Below are positions 1-13,320 of a stretch of 64,000 bases of DNA, piece by piece. Location of the stretch: assembly GCA_964016885.1 (NCBI GenBank), contig OZ024742.1, positions 112,220,001-112,284,000 of the forward strand, read 5' to 3'. Position numbers and translations under genes: made by a program. The stretch is from Eledone cirrhosa. Its lineage: Eukaryota. The notes beneath the pieces are model-generated. The model saw only the letters and a program-made list of their open reading frames with translations, was not told the origin of the DNA and searched no databases. Each line of letters starts with the position of its first letter. The stretch's first letter is position 1.

Positions 1-110
1 TATCTATATATACTCCAGTCCTACAAACTGTAGAGTGCTTCTTATCCGATATCTGCATTGCTTTATTGAACTACAATAAAACTCACCTCCTACATATATT
101 TATATCTATA

Positions 111-145
<35 letters not shown>

Positions 146-149
<4 letters not shown>

Positions 150-540
150 AAAAAGAGATGAAATCGAAAATGCAACTGAAGTCATATTTTTTTTTTAAAT
201 ATATATATTTATTTGGTTCCTTTACCGGTTTCGCAGTTCTTCTGCTTTTCAAAAGGTGAGTTGAGATGGAGGGTCTGTGGTAAATCCATAAAGATTATAT
301 AATTAAACTAATTATTAAATTTTATAGAGATGGTAGTAAAAACCACAGACCCTCCATCTCAACTCACCTTTTGAAAAACAGAAGAACTGCGAAACCGGTA
401 AAGGAACCAAATAAATATATATATTTAAAAAAAAAAAAAGACTTCAGTTGCATTTTCGATTTCATCTCTGTTTCTATATACTTTCACTCGTGTAGGACAC
501 CTCGGTTATTTTTCATTTTGTAAAAAAAACCTCACTTTCT

Positions 541-545
<5 letters not shown>
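146..545. mobile_element. Family A PLE pseudo-LTR fragments as a fold-back (146-280 inverted vs 341-475)
   Basis: Two ~135-bp inverted arms; the same sequence recurs at ~3350-3570, ~8980-9060, ~9980-10130 (3' end of the Neptune PLE) and ~18525-18670; flanked by (TA)n. Confidence 0.8.
219..256 (-). ncRNA. Minimal type I hammerhead ribozyme, family A (U3-A8 core variant)
   Basis: Minus strand CCTT-TTGAAAA-GCAG(AAGAA)CTGC-GAAA-CCGG-TA-AAGG: stem I CCTT/AAGG, stem II GCAG/CTGC, palindromic stem III ACCGGT, GUA cleavage triplet. Confidence 0.8.
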
Positions 546-830
<285 letters not shown>

Positions 831-3349
831 TTGTGCGTGTATCCCATTGGAACTGAAACCCCAATAAGGCAACCCCAGTTGACATATTTAATGTATTTCT
901 TAAAGACTCATTGATACAATAATTGAATTAATTCCCCTATCTGAGAGAACACATACAACTGTATAGAGTAAAAGCCCTGAATATTATATAGACAAGGTGA
1001 CGCAGTCATAGTATAAAACAACGTAGATTACCACAATAATTTCACGTCCAAACCGTTATTATTTCTGATGATCTTCATGGTGTGCTGTAACTAGTTGCAA
1101 ATCTTCATTTGCAAGTCGAATATGAAACTAACATTTATGAATGAATTATGAAAGGATAAAACAATAATCAGCTGGTATTCGTTCGTTTTATATCCGAATA
1201 TATATTTATATTATTTCTTTAGATTTTTTTATGATTTTTACATATACAGTTTTCAGATATCAAAGGAAAATTTTCGAATCGTATATACTTAACAGTCAAT
1301 CGTTTGTCTACTTTGAGCTTCCAGAGGTATCCCACAAACACATGCCCTCAAATGTTTACATAAGAACTAGAAATGTGTAGCATCAAGGAAGTATCTTTAG
1401 TGTTCGATAAATCCATAAAGATTATATAATTAAACTAATTATGAAATTTTATAGAGATGGTAGTAAAAACATATAAATAACTAAGAAGTTGAAATATCTG
1501 AAAGTCTGCGTTTTTATTGTAGGATTTTAACCCAAATGGATACCTTGTGCAAACCAATTTTTAAAAGCGTTTCCGTCGAGAATAGTCATATGTTACAGGC
1601 ACTGTAATTATACGACTAAATCTTCCAGTACGATGTGTCCCGTTGACTTTAAAGACTGTTTAGATATAACATACTATTACGACTCATTATATACGCATTA
1701 TTATATAGAGGGTTCCCTTATGTAGATTAGTGCCACAGCTGTAAATATCCACCGAAGGTAAAACATTCAACTAGGACTCTACCATTACTTGTTCTTATGG
1801 TTTACTACTGATATATTAGTGAGTCTACTTTTTACCGTAATGAAATATTTAATATGAAATTTTAAATAAATGTCTTCCTTTGTAAGCAATAACTGAACAT
1901 TAACATTTTTCTTAGATGTGATGTTGCCAAGAGAGACAATATTAATGAAAAATATTATTTTGCGTATGTAACATTGAGCTTGTAATTTCTGAGTATAAAT
2001 TCGGTCGGGGGTCAATTCATGACTCTCATTTCTTAGTAATCGATAAATTAATTACCAGAAATATTCAATCAAAATGCCTCTTCTAAAAATAATTGACATT
2101 TGTTACTATAGCACATATCAACACGCTGATAAATGAAATAATCTAAGAATTGAAAATCTTCATTTATAATCGGACATTCCAAATTCTAATGCGAAGGTAA
2201 GATGAAACAGATATTTTAAATATAAATTTAACTAAAAAATAAACTAAAGTACATATACACACTTCAGATAAGACTAAATCGAACAACGTAATTCTCGCAA
2301 TGTACTTCTTTATCGACAACAAAGGTGAGAAAAGCGATGAAAAAAATACTAAATCTGGACATAAAACTCAAGTAAAGGAATGAAGTAAATTCGAAGAGAC
2401 CCAACAATTCCTCGTTGGCCCTTCTTACAAGGACGACATTTTGTGTTTTACTGTTTGCGTTTGGGTGATTGTGGTGGCGGTAATGTTGATGTGTTGTTTG
2501 GATGTGTTTGTTGTGAGTGTGGTATCTGCAATTTCATTTGTTTGTGTGTTATTTATTTCTTGTGTGTTTGTGGTTGTTTGCGATTGGGGGTTATGTTGTT
2601 GTTGGTGGTGGTTGTCTCGGTGTTGTTTGTCGTGGTAGTGTTCGTATTGTTGTGGAAGTGTTGTGTCTGTTATGTGTGTGGTGACTGCTTTTTTTAGGTG
2701 TGTGGGTGTATGAGGTGTGGAGTTTTATTTTTATTTGCCTTCTTTTTTTTTGTTTTTTCTTTAATTTAGTATTTACTCGTCTTCGCTACAGGAAGACGAG
2801 TTGTCTGTAAGTTTATTCTGTGTTTGTGAGTGTGTTTGTGTTTGTGTTTTTGTCAATGTGTGTATTTTGTGGTGGGGGACGGGAGAGCATTCTTCGTTTT
2901 CCTACTGGGATGCCAAAGTTGCTGGTCTTGTTTCCGCTGGTGTTGCTGTTGGTAGTGTTGCCAATGATGGTGTTTCTGGTTGCTCCAGCCTAGGCGTTGG
3001 TAAGAGTGAACCTTTACGACCTCCTGCATTTTTGAGCTGAGGGTTGAAGACTCGTAAGTGAATTGTTTAGCAGAATACAAAACAGTGTTGCCTTTGATTA
3101 TTACTTGCAGTTTTGAAGGCGGATGTGGTCCGGAATTTGTCTCAGGTACTTAGGCCAGATCCGTTCCACCTCTGAGCAATCCTCCCCGGCTGTTCTCATC
3201 GAGACCACATTGGTCCTTTCCTCAATCACGCATTCTAGGACCACCACCCACAATCTTGAACTAGGGGAATCCTGGTGGAATCCTTTTACAGCTCTTTTTA
3301 CCATGTAAGTACGTATATGATGACCATGCTGGCTTTTCATACGGACGTT

Positions 3350-3564
3350 TTCATCACAGATGTGAGAAAAAAGCCACAGACCCTCCATCTCAACTCTACT
3401 TTTGAAAAGCAGAAGAACTGCAAAACCGCTAAAGGAACCAAATAAATATATATTTTTTTATAAAAAAAGACTCCAGTTGCATTTTCGATTTCATCTTTTT
3501 TCGTTATACTTTCACTCGTTGAGGACACCTCGGTTAATTTTCATTTTGTAAAAAAAACTCACTT

Positions 3565-3570
<6 letters not shown>
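3350..3570 (+). mobile_element. Family A pseudo-LTR copy with decayed HHR
   Basis: Matches 341-545; GAAA is mutated to AAAA and CCGG to CCGC; ends in (TA)n. Confidence 0.75.
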
Positions 3571-3643
<73 letters not shown>

Positions 3644-3647
<4 letters not shown>

Positions 3648-4407
3648 CTGAGCTACCCGGTAATTCCCGGCTATTTCATTAAAGTTTCAATATTTGACCA
3701 TTGAGATATGATTGCTGAATTTTAACTAAAGTAGGCATCATAGCAGAAACTTTATTGCCGTTTGATTAAAGCAAATCATATAGATAAAAATATTATTAGT
3801 TTTGTCTCGTGGTGATTTTTGTTTAGTACTGCTCCCTATTAGAGTAAGCATATATAATACTTTGCACATGGACAAATCATTAGGTATGTTTTCAGTGAAA
3901 AGGGCATGACCAACAAAATTAATTTAGATTGTATGTATTCTTTTTTTTTGCACAAACAAAACCGCTGAAATTCAAACAAAATGTTATGGCTATTTTAAAA
4001 AGCATAAATGAAATAAAATTAAATAATAAATTTACCATCGGTTTATGAATAAATGAAGAATTTACTTACTCACATCTGTAATTTAGCAAAGTTTATTTAA
4101 ATGTGTATAAGTGTGGTGAATATATACATACCAGCCGGATAGCACCTGGCGGTAGGCCTGCATCAGATCTTTTAGAAAGCCCTCACAAACCAGTACGACA
4201 ATAGCAGGATTGTGGCAAAACTAATGGGCTAACACCACAGTTGTAATTTTTAACACGGAATCGAGTGATTATGGTTGTTGAGAATTCCAGTGGTGGTGGT
4301 GGTGGTGGTATATTTCATGCGTCATAAATGAGTCACCTCTGATACGTACTCGGAACGACAATGTGACTTGAGAGTGCATGCGGTATCTTTATACAGGAGT
4401 GGAGGTG

Positions 4408-4439
<32 letters not shown>

Positions 4440-4884
4440 TATGTATATAAACATCCCTGTTTGTGAGAGAGAGAAAGGAAAAGAGGGACAGAAAGAGAGA
4501 GGGAGAGAGAATGAGCGAGAATAGAGATTTGCCGGAGAGAAGCGAGAGGGGGAAATAACTTCATAGATAGGAAGATTGACATGATTGTATGTATACAGAG
4601 AGTTATTGTAAAATAAACATAAATATATAAATATGGAAGTGAGGCTGGGAAAGGAAATAGATTATATTTTTGTTTTTAAAATCCAATGTCAATAAATACA
4701 CCAGGATTTTTTCATTCTGATGATTGAAAGCAACATTTTTTTGCTTTTAAGAAACCACTAGTAAATGAAATAATTGCCTTATGTTGTTTATTACATAACT
4801 ATTAAGCTATGTTACCTACATAGAGCACTCTTTTTTCCTGGACCTTTCCGACGGAATTACTTCATAAATATATAAATAGATAGA
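3644..4884 (-). mobile_element. Probable non-autonomous Helitron
   Basis: Minus strand begins A|TC(TAT) near 4884 and ends with hairpin CCGG-GAATTA-CCGG followed by CTAA|T at 3647-3644 (CTRR consensus). The 5' end is tentative. Confidence 0.5.
4710..4770 (+). ncRNA. Type I hammerhead ribozyme, family G
   Basis: TTTCATT-CTGATGA-TTGAAAGCAA(CATTTTT)TTGCTTTTAA-GAAA-CCACTAG-TA-AATGAAA; 7-bp stem I, 10-bp stem II; a second copy lies at 43783-43842 (-). Confidence 0.75.
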
Positions 4885-4960
4885 TTTGAAATACATGTGA
4901 AGTGGTCTGGAACAGTTACATTGTAAAAATATGATTTAATCCAATATGTTTTATACTCAC

Positions 4961-5082
4961 CAACCGTCTGTTTTCTGATTACATGTATCGTCATAATGCG
5001 TCAAACAGTTTCGACACAGGTTCAAACGATTGCAAGCATAATTCGACTGCATGCATGTAGCATCTTCGCAAGAACTGGTTTC
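4961..5082 (-). CDS. Candidate host exon, Cys-rich (ETSSCEDATCMQSNYACNRLNLCRNCLTHYDDTCNQKTDG)
   Basis: AG acceptor at 5084-5083, GTGAGT donor at 4960-4955, one open frame over 122 nt. No partner exon established. Confidence 0.25.
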
Positions 5083-5617
5083 CTAATGTTAAAGGGATTT
5101 AGTCTAAGAAAACACCTTACGGATTAATGTCTAGTGTTTTACAGTTAATAATACAAGGTGTGATTATGAAATAGCGAATGAAACAAGTGCATTGGTTTGA
5201 AATATTCTTTGATGATGTCTTCAAATAATCAACATCTATAGCTGTATATTATTTCCTAATATCCAAAACAGCAACAAATTGCAACCATATTCTTTCATAT
5301 TTATTTAATTCGATAAACCACATTTACATACTCATTACAGCTGCACTGTCGTCTAAAATATATCGTCTTGTGGGAAACAATATAATTGATATTCGAGTAC
5401 AGAATTTATATTAAAATCTAAATTTTAAATAGAAAACCTAGCTTAATGAGTCTAATCTATTTTGTTTTCAAAATAATAAATGCAAACCAATTATCTGAGA
5501 TTTTAGTATGCTGAATAGGAATCTTAGACACAATTACACTATTTACATAAATGTCTAAATATTAGCTGCGTTTGATTGCAGAACGTATATCTAGAGTATT
5601 TACAGCTATATAGTAAA

Positions 5618-6225
5618 CTAGCAGTGGTACCCGGCGTTGAACGGGAAAATATATTTTGGAACGCGGGCCGCCAACAGACCTAATCGTGCAAAAACTGCAT
5701 ACCTGGACAATATGTAAAGAAAATAAACCGACTACTCTAATGGCTGGATAATCTAAGATTTTCCTCGATGAAACAGGAAAAAGGCAGGTTTCACTTATTG
5801 CGGGCCCTAGGGGATCAAGATAATGAATTTTTATGTGCCTTGAAATTTCAGGAACATCGGCTAGATGTAAAGCCTCAAAAAGTCCTAAAAAAGCTGAATA
5901 AAAATGAAATTTTTCACCTAATACAGGCCATAAAAAAGTTGAAATTTCCTTGCTCACGTTATGAAGAAGAGACTGACTAATACATAGTTACAATTTCAAG
6001 GAAATCGGTCTGAAATAACGCCTCAAAAAACCCCCTAAAAAGCTGCAAAAAAACGCAGTTTTTCACCTAATGCGGGCTCTCGGGGATCAAAACGTTGAAT
6101 ATTTGTATGTGCTTAACACTCCCTGAAATATAAGTGATACGCATGTAAAGTTTGAAAAAGATTGGTTGGGTACTTCTCGGGTTTCACACACACACACACA
6201 CACGCACACACAGACACACGCACAG

Positions 6226-6266
<41 letters not shown>

Positions 6267-6318
6267 TACATACATACATACATCCTTCCTCAGTTTTATA
6301 TATATATACATATATAGA
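5618..6318 (-). mobile_element. Non-autonomous Helitron
   Basis: Minus strand 5' A|TC at 6318, 3' hairpin CCCG-TTCAACGC-CGGG then CTAG|T at 5621-5618; internal microsatellite; second copy at ~17060-17793. Confidence 0.8.
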
Positions 6319-6490
6319 TTAAAATAACAGATTAAAATTTAAGCAAAGAATCGTTACTTTTACCCTTAACGGGATCTTCTGAAACTAAAAACATCAATCT
6401 GTGAACGCAGAAGTAAATATATCGAAAAAACGTTGCAACCGAAGGAAAACAGGAAGACGATCTTTCGTTCGTGAAGACGTTCCCTGTCAA
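6319..6490 (-). mobile_element. Family C HHR-bearing repeat, decayed copy
   Basis: Reverse complement matches 38280-38450; GAAA is mutated. Confidence 0.65.
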
Positions 6491-8047
6491 TGAACGGATA
6501 ATAGCGAACATAATACGTCATCAACATTCAGAATGTCGTAATGCAGACAGTCAGGCATACAGACAGATATTGTACAAGCGCGGCGGAGATGGATAACGGG
6601 CGCCTTTTAGCAACAGAAAATTGAAAAAAAAAGCTGCAGTTAATATATTTAGACCGCAAGGAATATACAAATGCAAGTTTGAAGTCAATCGGAGTAGAAA
6701 TGTGGATGTATATAGACTTTGCAAAAATGAGGACGCACACACATATACAGACAACATCAGTTATATATATATATATATTTCTTTTCAAAGTGAACAGAAT
6801 TAGCTGCTGATACTCTACAAATATTAAGAGGTATTGAATTATATTACTCATGGTCTCACATTCGTGAACACATTTCCGAATATCACGATGTGCTTTATGT
6901 GACTAGCTGGTGACAATCTAAGTGCCCACTTGATATCCTACAAGTATATTACTATTCTCCTTCATATGCCACCAAAGCCTCATGCAAAATATATTAGAGG
7001 CATTTAATGGAGTGTCGTAAAGAATATATATTGTTATTTGGAACACTAAGTGTCCATAGAACGTGTCAATTCTATACGCAGTCATTGATTTGTTTGAGTG
7101 AGTGATACGTGTCTTAAAAACGGATAACATGCAACTGCACTCTTACGATAATTCTTGAAACACATTCTCCTAAAATGGCATTCTTTTGTAATAGTGTATA
7201 TACAGCCATATGCGCATATAAAGGAGACTATATGAGAAGTTTGAAAGGGCAGTATTAGTAACAACCACTCCCCTAGATCACACCATCTCTTCTAAATATG
7301 TTTTATATTTGTTAATATACTCCCAAATTATCTGCTCTCGGACACGACAGGTATAGATATATGGTCAAATTTGGTGCTGCAGCTATCAACACAATGAGAG
7401 ATTCATTTTATACCATAAATAAAATGGAAAAAAAACAAAGACAGAGATATGCAATTCGTCTTTCGTCGGGTTAAATGTATGAGGCAACTCTACGCTAAAT
7501 TATATTCTACTAGATGATCGATACATACAGACACACATACATACTTACATATACACATACATACATGCATACACATACACACACACATACACACATACAC
7601 ACACAACATATATATATATATATCTTCATCATACATTAATACACATATACACATTTTTATATTCTACATAGAGCTTGAACTGCAGACTATTCCTTATCAA
7701 CATGTGTCTGGGGGATTTCGGCACCATTTGAGAGTATCACTTTCTCCACCCCTGCACTGAATATGATAATTTACTTCATTATTCATGCCGCCATCAGCCA
7801 AACCTTCAGGCGGTTAAAACCTGTCTAATCATGAGATTTTACCCTTATACCCTGTGCTGGTCTTTCAGCAAATGAGGTTGTTATATTTATAAAGAAGCTT
7901 TTCACACTTCACTCACTAGACCATGAGTCACCTCCCTACACTCATGTGTAAGTCCACTGATAAAGTATTAGGACATGAATAATGTAATCACAAACACAGG
8001 ACCTCCTGTTGACAGATGCGCACACTATCATCATTGGTCATCACATC

Positions 8048-8144
<97 letters not shown>

Positions 8145-8169
8145 GTATATATATATAAGTATGTATATA

Positions 8170-8268
8170 TATGTGTGTATCCCGGGTTCAATCGGTGGTA
8201 ATATATCTACATATATATATATATATATATATATATGTAGATATATTACCACCGATTGAACCCGGGAT

Positions 8269-8275
<7 letters not shown>
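8170..8275. repeat. Perfect short inverted repeat around (TA)n
   Basis: GTATCCCGGGTTCAATCGGTGGTAATATATCTAC ... GTAGATATATTACCACCGATTGAACCCGGGATAC. Confidence 0.9.
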
Positions 8276-8304
<29 letters not shown>

Positions 8305-8979
8305 GACCCTCCCCAAGATTAACAATATATATATATACATATATGTATATATATAATAAAGAGTTGATGGACCCAGCATATTATCAATGCCAGGACCGGT
8401 TGTATATCCGCGTACTCCATGGGCAATGTAACATACATTCCCAGAGTATACACATAGTTATTCGCTTCAATACCACACACGTAAAACCGGTGCCTATAAT
8501 AGTTCCCGGGCTCGAGTTTCGGCCACACTTATTGCATTAAGGTGTACTGCACCCTCCGTCTGCATATATTATGCAACATTGCATAATCGGCTTATGCGGC
8601 TTCTCTGCTTGTATCGCCTAATCAATAACAAATCTATCGACAGAATCCAAACCCCAGCTCATGCCGGTCATGACTGTTTGTGACAACCGACACGGTAAAG
8701 CGATTAGCAACTGGAATCCGATACAGCTCTGTTCCTCGACTAACCACCGATTTACAAATTGTATGTGGTGCGGGAGAATAGAAAACAAATGTTTTCATTC
8801 CCGTCAAAATAACTCAGCCAACGTGTCTCACACACACATTATTAAGAGGTTAAAAGATGGTTATTAGAAATAGCAGTTCCACATCAATGTATAATAGCAT
8901 GGTAGCATTCGGCTCATGTCTCCAAGTCCCATGGATAGAGGAAAGCGATAGTAACAATGATAGTGCCAAGAACCATGTG

Positions 8980-9060
8980 TGAGATGAGAGAAAAACCACA
9001 AACACTCCATCTCATTTCTACCTTTGAAAAGCATAAGAACTGTGAAACCGGTAAAGGTAG
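8980..9060 (+). mobile_element. Family A pseudo-LTR fragment with HHR
   Basis: CTACCT-TTGAAAA-GCAT..CTGT-GAAA-CCGG-TA-AAGGTAG; inverted relative to 10030-10110. Confidence 0.7.
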
Positions 9061-9087
9061 TGGTAACCATTGATTTTAAAATATATA

Positions 9088-9945
9088 CGAGGTGTGTCAG
9101 AAAAGTTCCAGGGCTAATGTCACAAAAGATTTATTTCAAACCCAAACTTCACATTGAGAGTTTTCCCCTTCAAAGTAATCCCCCTGGAGTATGTAACTGT
9201 AATCTTAGCTCTCTGCAACGATCAAACTTTTTTCTTCATAATTTTATATACATCTCTGTTTCAGGTCGTCAATAAATGAGCACAGAGCAACGAACACACT
9301 TGAAGTTTCTGGTACGGTTGGGGAAAACTCCGTCAGAAGCACTGGGATTGCTGCAGCAAGTGTATGGAGATGAGACGATGTCACGCTCATGGGTTTTTGA
9401 GTGGTGCAATATGAGCCCCGGATCGGAAGGCCCTCAACAACCAGGACTGAGGTCAACGTTCAGCGCGTCAGGTAGATGGTGTGTAGCGATGTCGACTGAG
9501 TGTTCGACTGATGGCAAATGAGCTAGGCATGAATCGGGACAACGTCTGGAAAATTCTCACTGAAATTTGGACATGCGGAAAGTCTGCCTGAAGATGGTGC
9601 CAAAACTGCTGAACGATGACCAGAAAGGTCGACGCATGCAATTGTGCCAGGACATCCCCGTGCGTCTTGAAACCGAACAAGACTTGCTAGGGACAGTCAT
9701 CACCGGTACATCGTCGAGTACGACCCGTTTTGAAGACATGGACGACATCAAAAAGGCCGTGACGACGGAACTGCAGAGGATCCCGGAAGAATCCTTCCAG
9801 GAGTGCATACAACCGTGGCAGAAAAGGATGGAAAGGTGCATTACCCTCCAGGGGATAACTTTGAAGGAGAAAACTCTAGTGTGAAGTTTGGGTTTGAAAT
9901 AAATCTTTTGTGATATCAGTCCTGGAACTTTTCTGACACACCTCG
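9088..9945 (+). mobile_element. Mariner DNA transposon, internally deleted
   Basis: ~65-bp TIRs starting CGAGGTGTGTCAGAAAAGTTCCAGG; TA duplication at 9086-87 and 9946-47. Confidence 0.93.
9276..9884 (+). pseudogene. Mariner transposase remnant
   Basis: HTH MSTEQRTHLKFLVRLGKTPSEAL..VYGDETMSRSWVFEW, WVPxxL-like KMVPKLL, then VITG joined almost directly to C-terminal RFEDMDDIKKAV (catalytic DD34D domain deleted); frameshifted. Confidence 0.9.
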
Positions 9946-9979
9946 TATATATAGGTAAAGGATTATATATATATATATA

Positions 9980-12900
9980 AGGAAAAAATATGGAATCGAA
10001 AATGCAACTGGAGTCTTTTTAAGAAGATTTATTTGGTTCCTTTACCGGTTTCGCAGTTCTTATGCTTTTCAAAAGTAGAATTGAGATGGAGGATTTGTGT
10101 TTTTTCTCGCATCTGGTTGGTTTTCGAATGTTAATTCTGTTTTATATAGAAAAAAAATGGCTCGAAATGCGAGTATTTTAGAAAAGTAATTTGGTTGGTT
10201 GATGACTGTCATGCGAATAACTATAATAAAATTCGCGCCAGTTCGCTTTACAAAGTTCTTATAATATTTACCTTAAAAACAAGGATGTTAGAGGACTGAT
10301 ATTGCTTTTTCATATATGAGTGAAATTTGGTGGGTTTGATGCAGCCATGTTAATAAGCACATCAACTCTCGTGACAGTTTGTGTTTTAGTTTCATTTTAC
10401 TTAAAAAAGTGACTCAAGAAAGTTTTTTTATAAATGTAATTTGATTGGTTATATATGAAATTAAGACTGTCACGTGAACAAGTACATTAAATTCCTCGCC
10501 CGTATTTTGGACATTTTTATAGAATTTTTAGAGAATGTTTTAGAGAATTTTGTGCCAAACAAAAGATAATGGTCGAGAAAAAAGGGATGGAGAGAATTGT
10601 TATGGTTCAGTGAGTATGGCTGATGTACTGAGGTGTCAAAATTCAGACTTTCTATTGAAATATATTTTTATTTTTTATGCTGGTGTGTGTATGTGTGTGT
10701 GTGTGTGTGTGTGTAGGAAAATGATTCTATTAGTAAAAATGGACGAGAAAGTAATGTGTGTTATGGGGTTATACGTGTATGTGTATGTGTGTGGGAGAAT
10801 GGTTAGCATATTAAGATGGAGAGAATATATATTTGTGTGTGTGTCTGTGTGTGTAGGAAAATGATTCCGTAAGTAGAAATGGGGCAGGGAGTTATGTGTG
10901 TGGGGTGGTATGGTTAGCATTTAAGATGTGAGAGTATTACCGAATGTTAAGGTTTATTTAGCTCTGGTTTTTATTTTCAAATATAGAACATTTTATGTGT
11001 GTGTGTGTGTATGTATGTGTCTGTTTGGATGGGTAGCATGTTATGGTGTTAACATAATCTATATTAATCTATATTGAATGCTGGTCTTGAATAAACATAT
11101 TTTCCTTATTTAAACGTATTTGTTCTATTGTATTGTCAGCTCAAAAATAAAATGGCAAGACTTGGAATTTTGGTGTCTTATCACTTGCGCATATGTCTAG
11201 ATGTGCACTGAATGGTATCTGTCTTGGGGTAGGGTCTCGTAATTGTTGGCAATGAATTGTCATTCTATTTCTGAATGTGCGTTTAGTTTGTCCTACATAC
11301 TCTTCATTGCATCCTTTACATTTAATGGCATACACTAAATTGTTTGATGAGCAGGAGAAGTGATTTTTACAACAACATTTTGATCTGATTGAAATGTATA
11401 CGTGTTGCCTTCAATGAGGTGAGTGCAGGTTTCATAATAAGAGCGACCACATTGTTTGACAGTTGGTTGTGGGTTTGTGGTAGGTAATTTGGCATCGGTG
11501 AGTAATGTTTTAAGTGATTTCGGTTGTCTTTCGCTTTTGATTATTTTGTGTTTTTCAAGGGCTTTTTTCATTCTTTAGTCTTTTTTCAATAGTGGGATGT
11601 TCTTGTGAATAATGTTGTAAGCTTGCGCATTTCTTGAGTTGTGTGTTGAGAAATATGATAGAATATTGGCCGTACCTTGAATTTGTTTCTGTTTTCGTAA
11701 TTCATCAATGCCTATTGCTTTAGCCCTTTCTATTCCATTATTTATTAGTAATGGTGGGTACTGTCTTTCGAGCAGAATTTCCTTTAATTCTTGAAGTCTT
11801 TTATTTCGCGTTTCATAATTGGAGACAATTGTGCAAATTCTTCTTGCTAGGTTAAAAGGGATATTCGTCTTCGTGTGCTTTGGATGGTTGGAGGTGAATA
11901 GCAGGTATTGTTTGGAATCTATTGCTTTGTAGTGTATGTCAGTTTAAATATTTGTGTCATTTTTTATGATTAAGGTGTCCAGAAATTGGAGTTGATCTTG
12001 GCTGTATTCCATTGTGAATTTGATGTGGTTATTAATGCCGTTAATTAAATTTTTGAAATCATTTAGTTGGTAAAGTGTGTGAGACCAAAGAATAAAACAA
12101 TCATCCAAGTAGCGTTTCCAATTCGCTGATAAATATTTGTGGAAGTTCAATCCGTATTTTGATTTGGAGTGTTCATATATCTAGACTTCCACGTATGCCA
12201 TGACTAAGTTAGCATACGTTGGGGCGACTTTTCTACCCATCGCAGTCCCCAATATTTGTTTGTAAGTACTGCCATCGAAATCAAAAAAGTTGTTCAGTAA
12301 AATAAATTCTAATCCCTCGGTGATAAAGCTTTTTTCTATTCTGTCAGGTATCTCTTTGGGATATTTCTCTAGCCAGAATCCTATTGCTTCTGTATTGGTG
12401 TGGGATCGTTGTGTAGAGATTCACTACATCAAAAGACACAATAATAGTGTCGTTGTTGACATGTTTGGGGAGGTGGTTTAAGAGGTCCAGATCGTCTCTT
12501 ACAAGGCTTGGTATGCATTTGAGAATTGGTTTTAGTAGTATGTCTATAAAGTTGCTTAGTCTGTGTGTTTCACATTGTGGGCTCGCTACAATTGGTCTTA
12601 ATTTAAGGTCAGTGGGGTATTGTGTGTTCAGGCAGGTTGAGGTAGATTTCTTACAAGCATCGTTAATTATTTAACACTTGTGGATCTTCGGAAGTCCGTA
12701 AAGGTTACTGATTTTGTATTCAAAATGTGTTAAATAATCGCGTTTATTTTTAGTTAATACTTCCTGGTATCGACAAATGAATGTGTTTAATCTGGTCATC
12801 GTTTTTGATTACTGGTAGTTTTATACTCTTTAATAGTAGTTAGTGCCTTGTAACAGAGAGAACATAAAATTATTATCTTCCATCATCTATAATGACGACA

Positions 12901-13100
12901 GTACTTACCTTGTCCGCTTCCTTAATTACAATGTCAGTATTGTTTTTTTAGTTCATGCATAATCTCCCATTCCCTTCAACTTGTGTTGGGTTTGGGTTTA
13001 GGTCGTGGTAGTTCATGGTATGGGAAGATTGCTATGTGGTCACAACATTTGTCTAGAACTCTGTTCCTACCGTGTGTTTGGTTGTAGCTGCTTGTAACAA
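9980..13100 (-). mobile_element. Penelope-like element, Neptune-type, 5' truncated, with family A pseudo-LTR at its 3' end
   Basis: RT and GIY-YIG remnants followed by ~0.9 kb 3' region and a family A HHR at 10039-10076 on the same strand. Confidence 0.85.
11050..13060 (-). pseudogene. PLE reverse transcriptase + GIY-YIG endonuclease, disrupted
   Basis: GTAMGRKVAPTYANLVM, WKRYLDDCF, LQFLD, Cys linker QCGRSYYETC, YAIKCKGCNEEYVGQTKRTFRNR; stops and frameshifts. Confidence 0.9.
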
Positions 13101-13134
13101 ATAAATATTCTTAATATATATATATATATAATAG

Positions 13135-13320
13135 AAAACGAAAGATCAGTGATGCATCTTAACTCAACTCAACTTATTGTGTGTTACAATTGTTTCCCCG
13201 GCGGACAGCTCGAGAAGCGATCATTGTGTGGATCTGTCTGATCCTGCGGGTCCAGAATCAGACAGTTAATCACGATGATCGCGTCTCGAGCTATCCGCCG
13301 GAGAAACATATTTTGGAACA
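13135..13320. repeat. Fold-back of a PLE pseudo-LTR-like family (E); relative at ~55330-55465
   Basis: Arms ~13190-13243 and ~13254-13310 are inverted; the minus strand carries GAAA-CAATTG-TA (HHR 3' half only). Confidence 0.65.

Noticed and set aside
2440-3390. ORFs 2853-3080 and 3101-3388 and GT-rich flank
   Set aside because: No recognisable domain; probably non-coding retroelement-associated sequence.
8500-8530. Minus-strand GAAA-CTCGAG motif
   Set aside because: No UH site and no 5' core found.
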